This document shows, piece by piece, positions 1-9,137 of a stretch of 64,000 nucleotides of DNA. The position numbers and the translations under genes were made by a program. Position 1 is the first letter of the stretch, and each line of letters opens with the position of its first letter. Under the pieces are notes generated by a model, which did not search any database, was not told the DNA's origin, and was given only the letters and a program-made list of their open reading frames with translations. The DNA is from a virus: positions 32,001 to 96,000 of the IMG/VR virus record IMGVR_UViG_3300017605_001304. One strand, written 5' to 3'.

Positions 1-972
1 GATCAGGTACAGCACCATGCCGAGGTCGTCGTCGATTCCAAGCGCACCGTGGATCGGCATCGGGAAGTTCTCGGTCTCCGGCCCGAACTTCGACCGGATC
101 ACCTTCACCCACGAGTCCTTGCCAACGATGCTGTCGCCTTCTTTCAGAGAACCCTGGTGCGAGACCCGCAGCCGGACGGTCGAGCGGAACTTGAGAGCGC
201 GGCCGCCCGGCACGACCTCCATCGGGCCCATGTGCGGCATGCCGCCGATCTTGTCCTGCACCTGATTCACGCAGATCAGCGTGCCGCCCGCCTGCGCCAG
301 CGGGAACGGGATCCGCCGCATCGCCTGCTGCAGCAACCGCGCTCGCGCGGCAACCTTGCCCTCGCCGAATGCGGCTTCCTTCAAGTCCTTCGGCTGCGAG
401 GCCGCCACCGAATCCCACACAACGACGACCGGTCCGCGGTCCTTCGTCTTCTGCGCCGCGGCCTGCTCCAGCAGGTTCACGATCCAGTCGAGCTCCTGCT
501 CCATGGTCGTCACTTCGTCTTCGTCCGGCATCAAGAGACGTTCGCAGTCGAGCCCCATCGCAGCCGCTCGGTACTTGTCGAACGCCGTCTCGCTATCGAT
601 CAGCGCCGCGACGCCAGGGGCGGTCTGATCCGCCGTGACCTTCGGCACGTAGCTGCCGTCCTTCTGCTTCTCCCAGTTCACCAGCGTGGCTTCGCCCCGC
701 TGCGCCGCGAGCAGCGCGTGCGTGGCAAGCGTCGACTTGCCCGCGCCTTCCGGTCCGAATACCTCGATCACTCGACCCAGCGGGTAGCCGCCGCGGAACT
801 GACCACGTCCCAGACTGGGTGTCAGGTAGTAGTCGAGCGCCGTGCAGCCCGTATGCAGGAAGCCAGCGATGTCGCTGACCGACTGCTCCGTCCCGCGCCG
901 GGTCACGGCGGCGCGCTGGCCCTTGTTCATGGCATCCAGCAACGCCGCCGCGAAGTCGGTCGCGACCTTCAT
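1..972 (-). CDS. recA: RecA/UvsX-like recombinase (3' end runs off the window)
   Basis: Absent from the ORF track. Manual translation from ATG at 972: MKVATDF...HTGCTALD...GGYPLGRVIEVFGPEGAGKSTLA (Walker A)...LIDSETAFD...VVVVWDSVAA (Walker B)...CVNQVQDKIG...PGGRALKFRSTVRLRV, all RecA hallmarks. Confidence 0.95.
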   Translation of the reverse strand, partial: MKVATDFAAALLDAMNKGQRAAVTRRGTEQSVSDIAGFLHTGCTALDYYLTPSLGRGQFRGGYPLGRVIEVFGPEGAGKSTLATHALLAAQRGEATLVNWEKQKDGSYVPKVTADQTAPGVAALIDSETAFDKYRAAAMGLDCERLLMPDEDEVTTMEQELDWIVNLLEQAAAQKTKDRGPVVVVWDSVAASQPKDLKEAAFGEGKVAARARLLQQAMRRIPFPLAQAGGTLICVNQVQDKIGGMPHMGPMEVVPGGRALKFRSTVRLRVSHQGSLKEGDSIVGKDSWVKVIRSKFGPETENFPMPIHGALGIDDDLGMVLYLI

Positions 973-974
973 GC

Positions 975-2072
975 TCAATCCTCATCCACCGGCGCCGCCT
1001 TCGCGGCGCGCTTCTCGGCCCGCGTCCGGCAGGCGAGGTCGCTCGGACAGATCTTGCACTGCTCGTTCGTGGCGCGCTGTTGCGCCGGGTCGTTGCCACG
1101 CGCAGGCACGAGCCAGTCGCCGTAGCAGATCGGCTTGCCGGTGTCGTCACTGACCTTCGGCGGCCGGACGGCGCCGTCCTTCGTCCGCCAGCCACGGATC
1201 GCCGGGGTCTCCGGCGCGAGGGCCTGTGCCACCGTCATCGAGGCCGTCGCAACCGGCGGCGGAAGCGTCGTCACCTGCGCCAACTGCTGCGCGGGCGCGG
1301 TCATCATCGTGGGGGCCGGAGGAAGCGGGGTCACCTCGGCTTCCTTCTTCTCCTGCCGCTGCGCCTTGAACAGCTTCTCCAGTCGGTCCGCGGCTTCGCG
1401 TGCCCGGCCACGATCCTCGTCGCTCAGCCGATGCTCGCGGAAGAGATCGTAGATCTCCGCCGGAGGATTGCCGGCCGGGAAGGCCGGCGTCGGCGCGGTC
1501 GCGACGAAGATGCGGTTCTTCTGGGTGCTGTTGCCCTTCTGGCTGATATCGGCCGTGATATCGCAGCCGCTGTCGGAGTCCAGGATGTCGAAGTCACTGA
1601 CCCGCATCAGCGTGTAGAGGTACTTCACGAAGTCGAGGCCCGTCTGCAGCACGCAGACCTTGTCGCCTTCCGCCGTGGCGCGCTTGATGGCGTTGAAGTA
1701 ATAGGTGTCCGCGGCGCGGAAGTTCCACGGAGCCGCGCGGCTGTTGTCCCGCTCCTTGCGAGCCGGGTCGAACGGCGGCGTGTACTTCTCGACGACGTCG
1801 CACAGCGGGCACGCCGACGCGTCATCCTGCTGGATCAGGCACTTCGCCACCTTGATCGGGCCGATCATGCCCCGGAAGAAGTGCTTCCGTACGCGAACAC
1901 AAACCTGTCCAGCCTCAGCGGCCGCGGCCGACCATGCCGGAAAGATGCGCCAGCGCGACTGGCCATCCGGGAAGTTCTCGTAGCTGCGATAGCCACGCTT
2001 GGTGCCCTCCTCCTGGAGGTTCTTCGCAACCTTCTGGATCTCTTCACGCGTGACCTTGAAACCAAAAGACAT
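975..2072 (-). CDS. Phage single-stranded DNA-binding protein, T4 gp32-like
   Basis: RWRIFP, HF..., C..CPLC Zn site, YYFNAI, DSDSGCDIT pattern typical of gp32-like SSBs. Lies between RecA and the UvsY-like gene. Has a Pro/Ala linker and a Cys-rich tail. Confidence 0.7.
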   Translation of the reverse strand: MSFGFKVTREEIQKVAKNLQEEGTKRGYRSYENFPDGQSRWRIFPAWSAAAAEAGQVCVRVRKHFFRGMIGPIKVAKCLIQQDDASACPLCDVVEKYTPPFDPARKERDNSRAAPWNFRAADTYYFNAIKRATAEGDKVCVLQTGLDFVKYLYTLMRVSDFDILDSDSGCDITADISQKGNSTQKNRIFVATAPTPAFPAGNPPAEIYDLFREHRLSDEDRGRAREAADRLEKLFKAQRQEKKEAEVTPLPPAPTMMTAPAQQLAQVTTLPPPVATASMTVAQALAPETPAIRGWRTKDGAVRPPKVSDDTGKPICYGDWLVPARGNDPAQQRATNEQCKICPSDLACRTRAEKRAAKAAPVDED

Positions 2073-2073
2073 T

Positions 2074-2571
2074 TCAGCTCTCCACCTTCATCTGAGCACG
2101 ACGATTGTTCGACATGTGCTCGACCGCAGTGAACCGCATGCGCAACGCTTCACGCAGTCCGTAAAAAATGTCCGCGAGTTCTTGGACCCGGATCGCGCGC
2201 TTCTTGGCGTTCTGGACACCAGGGTCCAGCTTCACCTGCTGCGCGATCTTGGCCTCGGTCAACTTGTCCTGGGTTGGGATTCCACGGATCGCAACGTCCG
2301 CGCGAGCCTCCACCACGTCGGCGTCTACCTCGGCCGCCTCGGCTGCGCCCTTGTAGAGGGCATGCAGTCCGTTGGAGGCAACGTATTGCCGCGTGAGCAG
2401 GATCAGGTGACCTTCAAGGTCACTGGCCGGGTCGATCGACAGACGAGTCAGTAGTGCGGTGGCTTCCGCAAGATCCGGCGCCGAGAGAATATCGTCGTAG
2501 CGACTCAGTTCACTGATTACATACTGCAGGTGACGCGTCGACTTCGACGCGACCGGTGCTTCTTGCTCCAA
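2074..2571 (-). CDS. UvsY-like recombination mediator
   Basis: All-helical 165 aa with KLTEAKIAQQVKLDP motif and C-terminal ALRMR..VEHMSNNRRAQMK; adjacent to SSB and RecA. Confidence 0.65.
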   Translation of the reverse strand: MEQEAPVASKSTRHLQYVISELSRYDDILSAPDLAEATALLTRLSIDPASDLEGHLILLTRQYVASNGLHALYKGAAEAAEVDADVVEARADVAIRGIPTQDKLTEAKIAQQVKLDPGVQNAKKRAIRVQELADIFYGLREALRMRFTAVEHMSNNRRAQMKVES

Positions 2572-5386
2572 GTGTTTTCTCCTTCAACTTCAACGTCACG
2601 GAGATCTTCTCGTAAGGCTGAACATCCTCGATGTCTTCCGTCTTGAGTGCCGGTCCCTCCTTCGTCCGGTCGTCCCGGATGCCTTCACTGACGATGTCTT
2701 CGCGCTCGATGTCGAACCAGTGTTCGATGCACGGGCGCAGGCGTACGTAGTGATCGCGATTGCCCGACAACGTGACTTCGTTGCCCGCGAGTTCGCAGGC
2801 CATGGTCGCCTGCCAGTCCCGGCCCCACTCGAACTCGACCTTGAGGCTCGCGGTCAGCCACTCGAAGCCCTTGCCGCGATCGCCCAACATCGACGTCTGG
2901 AGCAGGTCGTAGACCTGGAACAGCTCGGGCGTGTTCAGGTCGCACTCGATCGAGTCGTGGATGAACGCGAACGGCCGACTCTTGAGGCTCATCTCCACGA
3001 GCTCGCGGCGGAAGTCGACCAGGGCCGCGAGTCCAATGTCGGATGCAGGGCCCTGGATCGGGTAGTTGACCGCCGCGCGCTCCGCTTCACCCAGGCGGCG
3101 CTTCTCGTCCTGGCTCCGGTCGTGATAGCGGATCGAGTGCAGCTTCCCGTCGGGGAGCGGGTAGTAGCGCCCCGTCGGGCCGATCAAGTAGCCGTGCCTG
3201 TGCACCTGCGTGTGGCAGGCGTCGATGAACGCCTTCACCTTCGGGAAGGTCCGGAAGTACGCGTCGACCAGCGCCTGCGCGTCCTCCTTCGAGATGCCGT
3301 ACTCCAACGCGATCGCGCGGGCACCGCGGCCGTAGATGATCCCGAAGCTCACCGCCTTCGCCCGGTGCCGCTCCTCCTTCGTTACCTGCTCCCGCGGCTT
3401 ACGCAGGATCACGGAGGCCGTGTACAGGTGCACGTCCCCGCCGAACTCCTTGAAGCGCGGGTCGGTACCCGAGAGCACGGCGAGCAGGTTCTCGTCGCCC
3501 GCCAAGGCCGCCAGCACACGCAGCTCATTCTGGCTGAAGTCGGCCTTGAGGAACGAGCCGAACGTGAAGCGCGAGATGCCGGCCGACCGGATCACGGAGC
3601 CACGCGGGAAGTTCTGCAGGTTCGGATCGTTGCTGGAGAGCCGTCCCGTGACGGTCTTCGTCAAGCCGAAGTTGCTGTGAATCAGCCAGGGCAACTGCGG
3701 CGGCTCGAAGCACCTCGTCGCCCATCGCGACTCCTCCCCGCGATTCTGAATCTCTTCCAGGAGCTTCTTCACGTATCGCGTGAGCCGGGTCTTCGCGTGC
3801 CGGTGCCGGATCACGTTGATCACCGTCGTGTAGACGTCGCCACGGTCGTGGCGGTACGCCCAGCGGCCGAGCTCGATCAGCCGCTTCTCCTTGCTGCTCA
3901 CCGACTCCTCGCCCGCCTCGTTCACGGTGGGGCAGCCCAACGTCCGATAGAGGAACGACGAGACGTGGCGAGCCGACACCGGGTTCAGCGTCGGGGCCAA
4001 GCCCTTCTTGTTCTTGGGCGCGACCTCTGCCATCCAGGAGGTGTGCTGCGGCAGGGCGCGAATCGTCTTCGCCGTCGCCGCCATCACATCCAGGTACAGC
4101 GGCTCCAGCTCGGCGAGGCGCTTGGGGTCGAGCAAGATCCCGTCGCTCTCCATCGCCGCGAGCGTCCGCCACGTCCCCATGTAGAAGCGCTTGAAGGTCG
4201 ACAGCCGGTCCGCCTGCTTCAGCTTCTCTTTCAGCATCGGGTAGAGGCGCAGCGTGGCGTCTGCGTCTCGACAGCCGTATTCCACGAGCTCGTCCATGGC
4301 GGTGCTCGCCATGGTCTGCCCCTTCAGCGCACCTTTCATCTGCCGCTTGTACGGCGGGAATCCAAGGTAGGCCGAGGACAGATAACCCAGGCTGGCCGGG
4401 CGCGAGCCCCCTGTGAGGCAGTGCTGCGCATACATCGTGTCGAAACGGACGTTCCTCGTTTCGATGCCCAGCTTGGAATACAGCCACTTGTGATCGAACG
4501 AGTAGTTATGTCCAACGACCGGAATGCCGGATTCCAGAAGGAACTTGATGTTGCGTTGGAACGAGGCCGCGCCGTCCACGGTGGTGAATGCCCGACCCAT
4601 CAGGTCATTATGGAACAGCGGGATCAGGGCCGCCTGCCCTGTGCCCCAGGCGATCTGGATCGAGACAATCGCCGCCTTCGGGTCGAAGGCGTGGAGTCCG
4701 GTCGTCTCCAGGTCGACGGCGATCGCGCCATGTTGCAGGCGCTTGTCACGGCAGTCCGCGATCAAGCGATCGACCAGCTCATGCAGGTCGCGCTTCTTCG
4801 TGATCAAGCGGTAGTCGACGGGCGCGTTGACCGTGCGGTGGTACTGCATGCGGGCGATCTGGAGGTCGCCCACAATCGCCGCACGGGCTTCGAGATTGCC
4901 CCGCAAGACGAAGGCGGGGTGATACGTCGGGATGACCGGAATGCCCTTGTACTGCGTGATCTGCCCGTGCAGCGTCCCCATCGCCGCACGCAGCCCGAGC
5001 AGGGACTTCGTCGCGACCGCGCCGAGACAGACGATCGCCTTGGGGCGGACGTGCTCGATCTCTTCGTCCAAATACGGTCGGCACTTCGTGAGAGCGTTAT
5101 CGGACGGACGAATCGTCTTGCCGTGGTCGTCGCTCGGCCAGCAGCGGACCGCGTTGGTCCACCGAACGTCCGCCTCGGGTATGCCCGCTTCCTTCAGCAT
5201 CTCGTCGAGGAGCTGGCCGGAGGGGCCGATGAACGGCGTCTTCGCTTCGTTCTCTTGAGGACCCGGCGCTTCGCCGACGATCAGGAGCTGGGGCCGGTCC
5301 GAGCCCCGTGGGTGTATCAGTGCATTGGCTTTGACGCAGAGCTCACACCGCTCGCAGTCGCGAGCGAGGTAGGCCGGAAGTGACAT
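2510..5386 (-). CDS. DNA polymerase family A with N-terminal family-4 uracil-DNA glycosylase domain and 3'-5' exonuclease
   Basis: UDG-F4: CERCELC, VGEAPGPQE, NAVRCWP, TYHPAFVLR. Exonuclease: DLETTGL, HNYSFD, YGCRDAD. PolA: TVTGRLSSNDPNLQNFP, ADFSQNELRVLA, RHRAKAVSFGIIYG, ERAAVNYPIQG, FIHDS. Start placed at MSLPAY (5386). Confidence 0.95.
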   Translation of the reverse strand: MSLPAYLARDCERCELCVKANALIHPRGSDRPQLLIVGEAPGPQENEAKTPFIGPSGQLLDEMLKEAGIPEADVRWTNAVRCWPSDDHGKTIRPSDNALTKCRPYLDEEIEHVRPKAIVCLGAVATKSLLGLRAAMGTLHGQITQYKGIPVIPTYHPAFVLRGNLEARAAIVGDLQIARMQYHRTVNAPVDYRLITKKRDLHELVDRLIADCRDKRLQHGAIAVDLETTGLHAFDPKAAIVSIQIAWGTGQAALIPLFHNDLMGRAFTTVDGAASFQRNIKFLLESGIPVVGHNYSFDHKWLYSKLGIETRNVRFDTMYAQHCLTGGSRPASLGYLSSAYLGFPPYKRQMKGALKGQTMASTAMDELVEYGCRDADATLRLYPMLKEKLKQADRLSTFKRFYMGTWRTLAAMESDGILLDPKRLAELEPLYLDVMAATAKTIRALPQHTSWMAEVAPKNKKGLAPTLNPVSARHVSSFLYRTLGCPTVNEAGEESVSSKEKRLIELGRWAYRHDRGDVYTTVINVIRHRHAKTRLTRYVKKLLEEIQNRGEESRWATRCFEPPQLPWLIHSNFGLTKTVTGRLSSNDPNLQNFPRGSVIRSAGISRFTFGSFLKADFSQNELRVLAALAGDENLLAVLSGTDPRFKEFGGDVHLYTASVILRKPREQVTKEERHRAKAVSFGIIYGRGARAIALEYGISKEDAQALVDAYFRTFPKVKAFIDACHTQVHRHGYLIGPTGRYYPLPDGKLHSIRYHDRSQDEKRRLGEAERAAVNYPIQGPASDIGLAALVDFRRELVEMSLKSRPFAFIHDSIECDLNTPELFQVYDLLQTSMLGDRGKGFEWLTASLKVEFEWGRDWQATMACELAGNEVTLSGNRDHYVRLRPCIEHWFDIEREDIVSEGIRDDRTKEGPALKTEDIEDVQPYEKISVTLKLKEKTLGARSTGRVEVDASPAVCNQ

Positions 5387-5414
5387 GAGTGGTTCCAGAC
5401 TGGGTGAGGCACGG

Positions 5415-5798
5415 TCAGACCCACTCGCCGAGTGGACCGAGGCTCTCGCGAGCGAGCACGACGTCGAGCGTGCTCGGGTAGTAGTGCGTGCTGTCGTAGA
5501 CGCACGTGAGACAGATACAGTCGGCCTCGTGGAGATCCTCCGCCGTCGCCTGCGGCAGCCCCTCCTCACGGCGCAGGTCGCGCCGCTGCTGGTAGAGCGA
5601 CCGTACGGTGTCGAGGATACGGCGACGGCCGACGGCGACGGCCAGGGCGGGTGGAGGGGGACCGGCCTTCACGGCCCGTTTCACGATCCCGAGATACGCT
5701 TCCTGGAGCAGGTCTTCGATATCCAGCGGGTGTCCGCGAACGCGGCCCGCGGCGAACTTGCGCAGTGACGTGCAGACCTGTACCGAGAACGCATCCAT
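5415..5798 (-). CDS. Sigma-70 region-2-like protein lacking region 4
   Basis: DIEDLLQEAYLGIVK ... AVGRRRILDTVR resembles ECF sigma region 2; 127 aa with no C-terminal HTH; SD GGGAGGTG upstream. Confidence 0.5.
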   Translation of the reverse strand: MDAFSVQVCTSLRKFAAGRVRGHPLDIEDLLQEAYLGIVKRAVKAGPPPPALAVAVGRRRILDTVRSLYQQRRDLRREEGLPQATAEDLHEADCICLTCVYDSTHYYPSTLDVVLARESLGPLGEWV

Positions 5799-5826
5799 CG
5801 CTCACCTCCCCTTGGTAGCTCAGCCC

Positions 5827-6324
5827 TCAGTCGTCGTCGCTGTTCGAGGGTCCGTCGTCTTCCTCTTCGTCCTCGTCCTCTTCCTCGTCGTCGTCCGCGA
5901 TCACGGGCGACTGTGCGAGGCGAGGCGGGTCGTCGTCATCGTCGTCGGGCGTGCTGGTGCCCGGCGGAGTCGCGACCACGACCGACGTCCCCATGCTGGC
6001 GCCGTGCGCCGGGGACGTTTCGTCCGGCTCGTCCTCATCGACATCGAGCGGGACGTCGTTCTTGCTGTAGTGCGTCTGGATGCACCGGTAGCCGTTGATC
6101 CGCGAGTAGAACTCGACGATCTTCCGATGTCGACTCTCGCGCTCGATACAGAGCTCGTTCTCTGTCACCGAGAGGACGGTTCCCTGGATCTTGACGTCCG
6201 CCTGACTCGTTCCGTGGGGCACCAGGGTGATCCCGGTTCCCACCAGCTCTTCGAGCTTCGTAGGCTTCTTGGCTGGTACTGCTGCCGTCGCCGCCTTCGG
6301 ACTCGCCCCCCTCGGACGTGCCAT
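5827..6324 (-). CDS. Hypothetical protein: small beta-rich domain plus very acidic disordered tail
   Basis: Strong SD (GGAGGAGG) before ATG at 6324; KIQGTVLSVTENELCIE core; D/E-rich C-terminus. Confidence 0.7.
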   Translation of the reverse strand: MARPRGASPKAATAAVPAKKPTKLEELVGTGITLVPHGTSQADVKIQGTVLSVTENELCIERESRHRKIVEFYSRINGYRCIQTHYSKNDVPLDVDEDEPDETSPAHGASMGTSVVVATPPGTSTPDDDDDDPPRLAQSPVIADDDEEEDEDEEEDDGPSNSDDD

Positions 6325-6357
6325 ACCCCCCTCCTCCACCGCGCCGGTTGGCGCATG

Positions 6358-6390
6358 AAAAAGGGCTGGGAGGGTCATCCCCTCCCAGCC
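6358..6390 (-). terminator. Rho-independent terminator
   Basis: Minus strand GGCTGGGAGGG-loop-CCCTCCCAGCC followed by CTTTTT, downstream of the DUF932-like gene; a second hairpin lies at 6411-6432. Confidence 0.7.
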
Positions 6391-6444
6391 GCGTACGACT
6401 CCAGAATTGTGCCACACGCGCGAGCGTGTGGCTAGTGATTTCTG

Positions 6445-7701
6445 TCAGGCTCCGGCGGCGACCAGCTCCTTGCTCTGCTTGCCGCTCATGAGCGAGCCCG
6501 CGAGCCACTCCAGGCCCGCGACCTTCTCGACGTCCTGCGTCTCCTGGCTGTAGCGCGCGACCGCCTGGGCGAGGCCCATCACCGTCGGGTTCTGCTCCGC
6601 GACGAAGAAGTTGAGCAGGTCGTCGACGTTCTCCTCGGTGAGGACGTCGGGGTTGCGCTGGACCAGGAGGTTCACCGCGCCGGTCGGCTTGACGATCTTG
6701 TCCTGCTGCGTGCCCTTGATCGACGCGACGAGCCCCTCGAAGTGCTCCTTCGTGAAGAAGGCCGTGACGATCTCGCGGATCTGCGCGTGGATCAGCTCGG
6801 CCTCCTTGTCGTTCGTCTGCTGCGAGAAGATCTGGTTCGCGGCCTGCCGCGCGCCGAGGTGGATCTTGGCGAAGAGCTCCTCGACCGTCGCGAGGTTGAA
6901 GCAGATGCCCTTCATGATCCCACCGTCGAGCTCGAAGCCGCCGTGGCCCGTCTCGCTGTTCCGGAAGCTGAGGCTCGGGTGGATCGTGCCGGGGCCGCCG
7001 GGGAGGTCGCCCATCGTCCGGGCCGCGACCTTGCTCAGCCACTCCTGGTTGCCGAGGCCACCGGCGTACCAGCCGCCCTTGCCGCCGTCCTGCGTGCGCT
7101 TCTCTTCGATCACGTCCCAGAGCTCCTTGGAGATCAGCTTGATGCGGACGTTCGAGTCCGAGAGCGTGCCCTCGATGGGCATGAGGTTCAGGCGCTTGGC
7201 CTCGGAGAGCAGCGTCTTCGTGCTGTCGTAGCTGTCGATCATGCGGAAGCTGTTCGAGAGGAACGCGCGCAGGTTGCCGTCGAGGGCCCGGAAGGTCCGG
7301 ACGGCCGGGCCGTCGTGCAGGAGGCCCGTCAGGAGGTCCGCGGCGCGGGCGGGCCGCATGCTGGTCAGGAGGCGCAGGAAGTCGCCAGGGACGGTCGGGG
7401 TCGACTTGGCGCCGATCTGCAGCAGGGCCTGATCCAGGATGCCGTAGCCGCCTTCCGGGACCCAGCCGCTGTCGTGGAGGTTCTGGTTCGCCGGGACGAG
7501 GCGGATGCCTCCCTTGTCGGCGACCGTGAACTTGACGTCGCGCGTGTCGGCCGTGAAGTCGACGCGGGCGGCGAGCTGGCGCTCCAGCTCCCGGACGATC
7601 TGGGTCAGGGAGCCGCGCCCCTTGAAGGCGCTCTGGCTGTACTCGGAGCGGATCGCGTTGCCGTCGCGGACGATCTCGGACTTCTTGCTGGGCTTGCTCA
7701 C
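6445..7701 (-). CDS. DUF932/DUF945-like protein
   Basis: RALDGNLRAFLSNSFRMID, FRNSETGHG, ICFN...HLG motifs; GTG start with SD GAGGAG. Confidence 0.7.
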   Translation of the reverse strand: MSKPSKKSEIVRDGNAIRSEYSQSAFKGRGSLTQIVRELERQLAARVDFTADTRDVKFTVADKGGIRLVPANQNLHDSGWVPEGGYGILDQALLQIGAKSTPTVPGDFLRLLTSMRPARAADLLTGLLHDGPAVRTFRALDGNLRAFLSNSFRMIDSYDSTKTLLSEAKRLNLMPIEGTLSDSNVRIKLISKELWDVIEEKRTQDGGKGGWYAGGLGNQEWLSKVAARTMGDLPGGPGTIHPSLSFRNSETGHGGFELDGGIMKGICFNLATVEELFAKIHLGARQAANQIFSQQTNDKEAELIHAQIREIVTAFFTKEHFEGLVASIKGTQQDKIVKPTGAVNLLVQRNPDVLTEENVDDLLNFFVAEQNPTVMGLAQAVARYSQETQDVEKVAGLEWLAGSLMSGKQSKELVAAGA

Positions 7702-7757
7702 AGGTCTCTCCTCGGGTTCGGCTCCGGACTATCCCGGGGCCGTGCTCAACGAGGAGG

Positions 7758-7785
7758 AAGCTACCAGACCTGTATTACAGGTCAA
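7758..7785 (-). promoter_or_regulatory. Sigma70-type promoter with palindromic operator (copy 1)
   Basis: TTGACC-16 bp-TAGCTT on the minus strand; palindrome GACCTGTA-N-TACAGGTC at 7767-7783. Confidence 0.75.
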
Positions 7786-7828
7786 GAGGTATTCCTGAAA
7801 AATCTCTCTAGGCGGTATCCGCCCCATG

Positions 7829-7875
7829 AAAAAGAACCGCCCGGGGCCGTACAGCATGGCGGTGACCCCGGGCGG
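7829..7875 (-). terminator. Rho-independent terminator
   Basis: CCGCCCGGGG...CCCCGGGCGG stem followed by TTCTTTTT on the minus strand, after ORF 7900-8661. Confidence 0.65.
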
Positions 7876-7899
7876 CCTCGCAAAGGGAGAGGGCCTTCG

Positions 7900-8661
7900 T
7901 CAGGCCGTCTTGTTTTCCACGATCTTGTCCAGCTCGGCCATGGCCGACGCGTCGAAGAGGCCGTTGACGGCCGCCGCGGCGTGGTTCGCACCCGGGCCGG
8001 CGCCTTGGCGCCGCTGCTCATCCTCCGTGCCGACGAGGAGCCCGAGCTCGCTGGTTCGAGCGAGCTCCTCCAGCGCCTGCGCGTCGAGGTCCCGACTCTG
8101 CATCAGCGCGGCACGAAGGAGCCCCAGGAAGCCCGCCGCGCGCTCGACCGGGTCGATCGACGTGCGATAGTGGACCTCCAAGACCCCATCCTGCACCTCC
8201 AGGCGGAGCTCGGGCGCCACCTGCAGCGGACCGTTGAAGAGGGAACGCGGCGGGAGTCCGACCAGCTCTTCGAGCTTCAGGCACAGCTCGGCTTCGCGCG
8301 CCGCCTTGGCCTTCTTCTCCGCGAGGTGGTCCTTGCGGGTCTTGACCGCGGCGCGGACCTTCTCGCTGAACTCGCCGAGCTTCGCGACGATGCCGTCGAA
8401 GTTCGCCTTTCCGGCCCGCACCGGAAACCACTGGCTGTGGTGGCAGTAGCCGTGGTTCGTCTTGACGATCACCTGCTGCGTGTCCGCCCTGGTCGTTTCT
8501 CGGAGCTCGACGAGGACCTGGGGGGTCGGGTCCTCGCTCTCGGGATCGCGCTCGACCGGCTCGAACACGAGCGTGCCCACGAGCGACAGCGACTCGTAGC
8601 AGCCGAGGTCGGGGCGCCGCTTCCCGATCTCCTCCTTCAGGATGCGCATGTTCAGCTTCAC
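7900..8661 (-). CDS. Hypothetical protein
   Basis: SD AGGAGGAG, GTG start, phage-like codon usage. Confidence 0.7.
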   Translation of the reverse strand: MKLNMRILKEEIGKRRPDLGCYESLSLVGTLVFEPVERDPESEDPTPQVLVELRETTRADTQQVIVKTNHGYCHHSQWFPVRAGKANFDGIVAKLGEFSEKVRAAVKTRKDHLAEKKAKAAREAELCLKLEELVGLPPRSLFNGPLQVAPELRLEVQDGVLEVHYRTSIDPVERAAGFLGLLRAALMQSRDLDAQALEELARTSELGLLVGTEDEQRRQGAGPGANHAAAAVNGLFDASAMAELDKIVENKTA

Positions 8662-8686
8662 GGTTCTCTCCTCCTTGACGAAGTCC

Positions 8687-9112
8687 TCAGTTCCTCTTGT
8701 CCAAGTCGTGGGCGATGTACGACTTCACCCGGTTCTTCGGTCCGTAGCCGGCGGGCTGGTTGCCGTCCCCGCCCGGCGGTCCGCCGGACGAGCCGCCCTG
8801 CGCGCCACCGGCGGTGCCGGGCCCGTTCTTGTCGTCGGCGCAGTGAGCCGCGAGCTCGGTGTAGCCGCAGTTGCGGCACTGGAGCTGCAGCCAGTCCGCG
8901 CTGCCGGACTTCTCGTCCTGCACGAACGGCGGCTGCTCGAACTCGGCCGCGAGCGCCTTCTGGTAGGTGGGCTTGAACCAGTTGCCGACGAGCGAGGTCG
9001 GCGACACACCCGGCATCGGGCCCTGCGTGCACTTCGGACACTCAGGCGGGAACTCGAACTTGGGCTTCTCGGGTTCCGGCTTCTCAGGCTTCGACTTCTC
9101 GGACATGGTCAT
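8687..9112 (-). CDS. Zinc-ribbon protein
   Basis: CPKC ... WLQLQCRNCGY; similar layout to ORF 37361-37672. Confidence 0.65.
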   Translation of the reverse strand: MTMSEKSKPEKPEPEKPKFEFPPECPKCTQGPMPGVSPTSLVGNWFKPTYQKALAAEFEQPPFVQDEKSGSADWLQLQCRNCGYTELAAHCADDKNGPGTAGGAQGGSSGGPPGGDGNQPAGYGPKNRVKSYIAHDLDKRN

Positions 9113-9137
9113 CCCCTTTGCGAGAGAGGTTGAACGG

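Noticed and set aside
2720-5383. 887 aa plus-strand ORF, and similar long antisense ORFs (6742-8976, 27836-30733, 30859-32676, 33061-34707)
   Set aside because: Shadow frames opposite clear genes; typical of high-GC codon bias; no motifs.
5387-5569. N-terminal extension of the polymerase in the ORF track
   Set aside because: Overlaps the sigma2-like gene; the recognisable UDG domain begins at Met 5386.
7767-7783. Palindrome as a LexA SOS box or CRISPR repeat
   Set aside because: Spacing is CTGT-N3-ACAG rather than the E. coli-type N8, and the copies are dispersed kilobases apart rather than arrayed with spacers.
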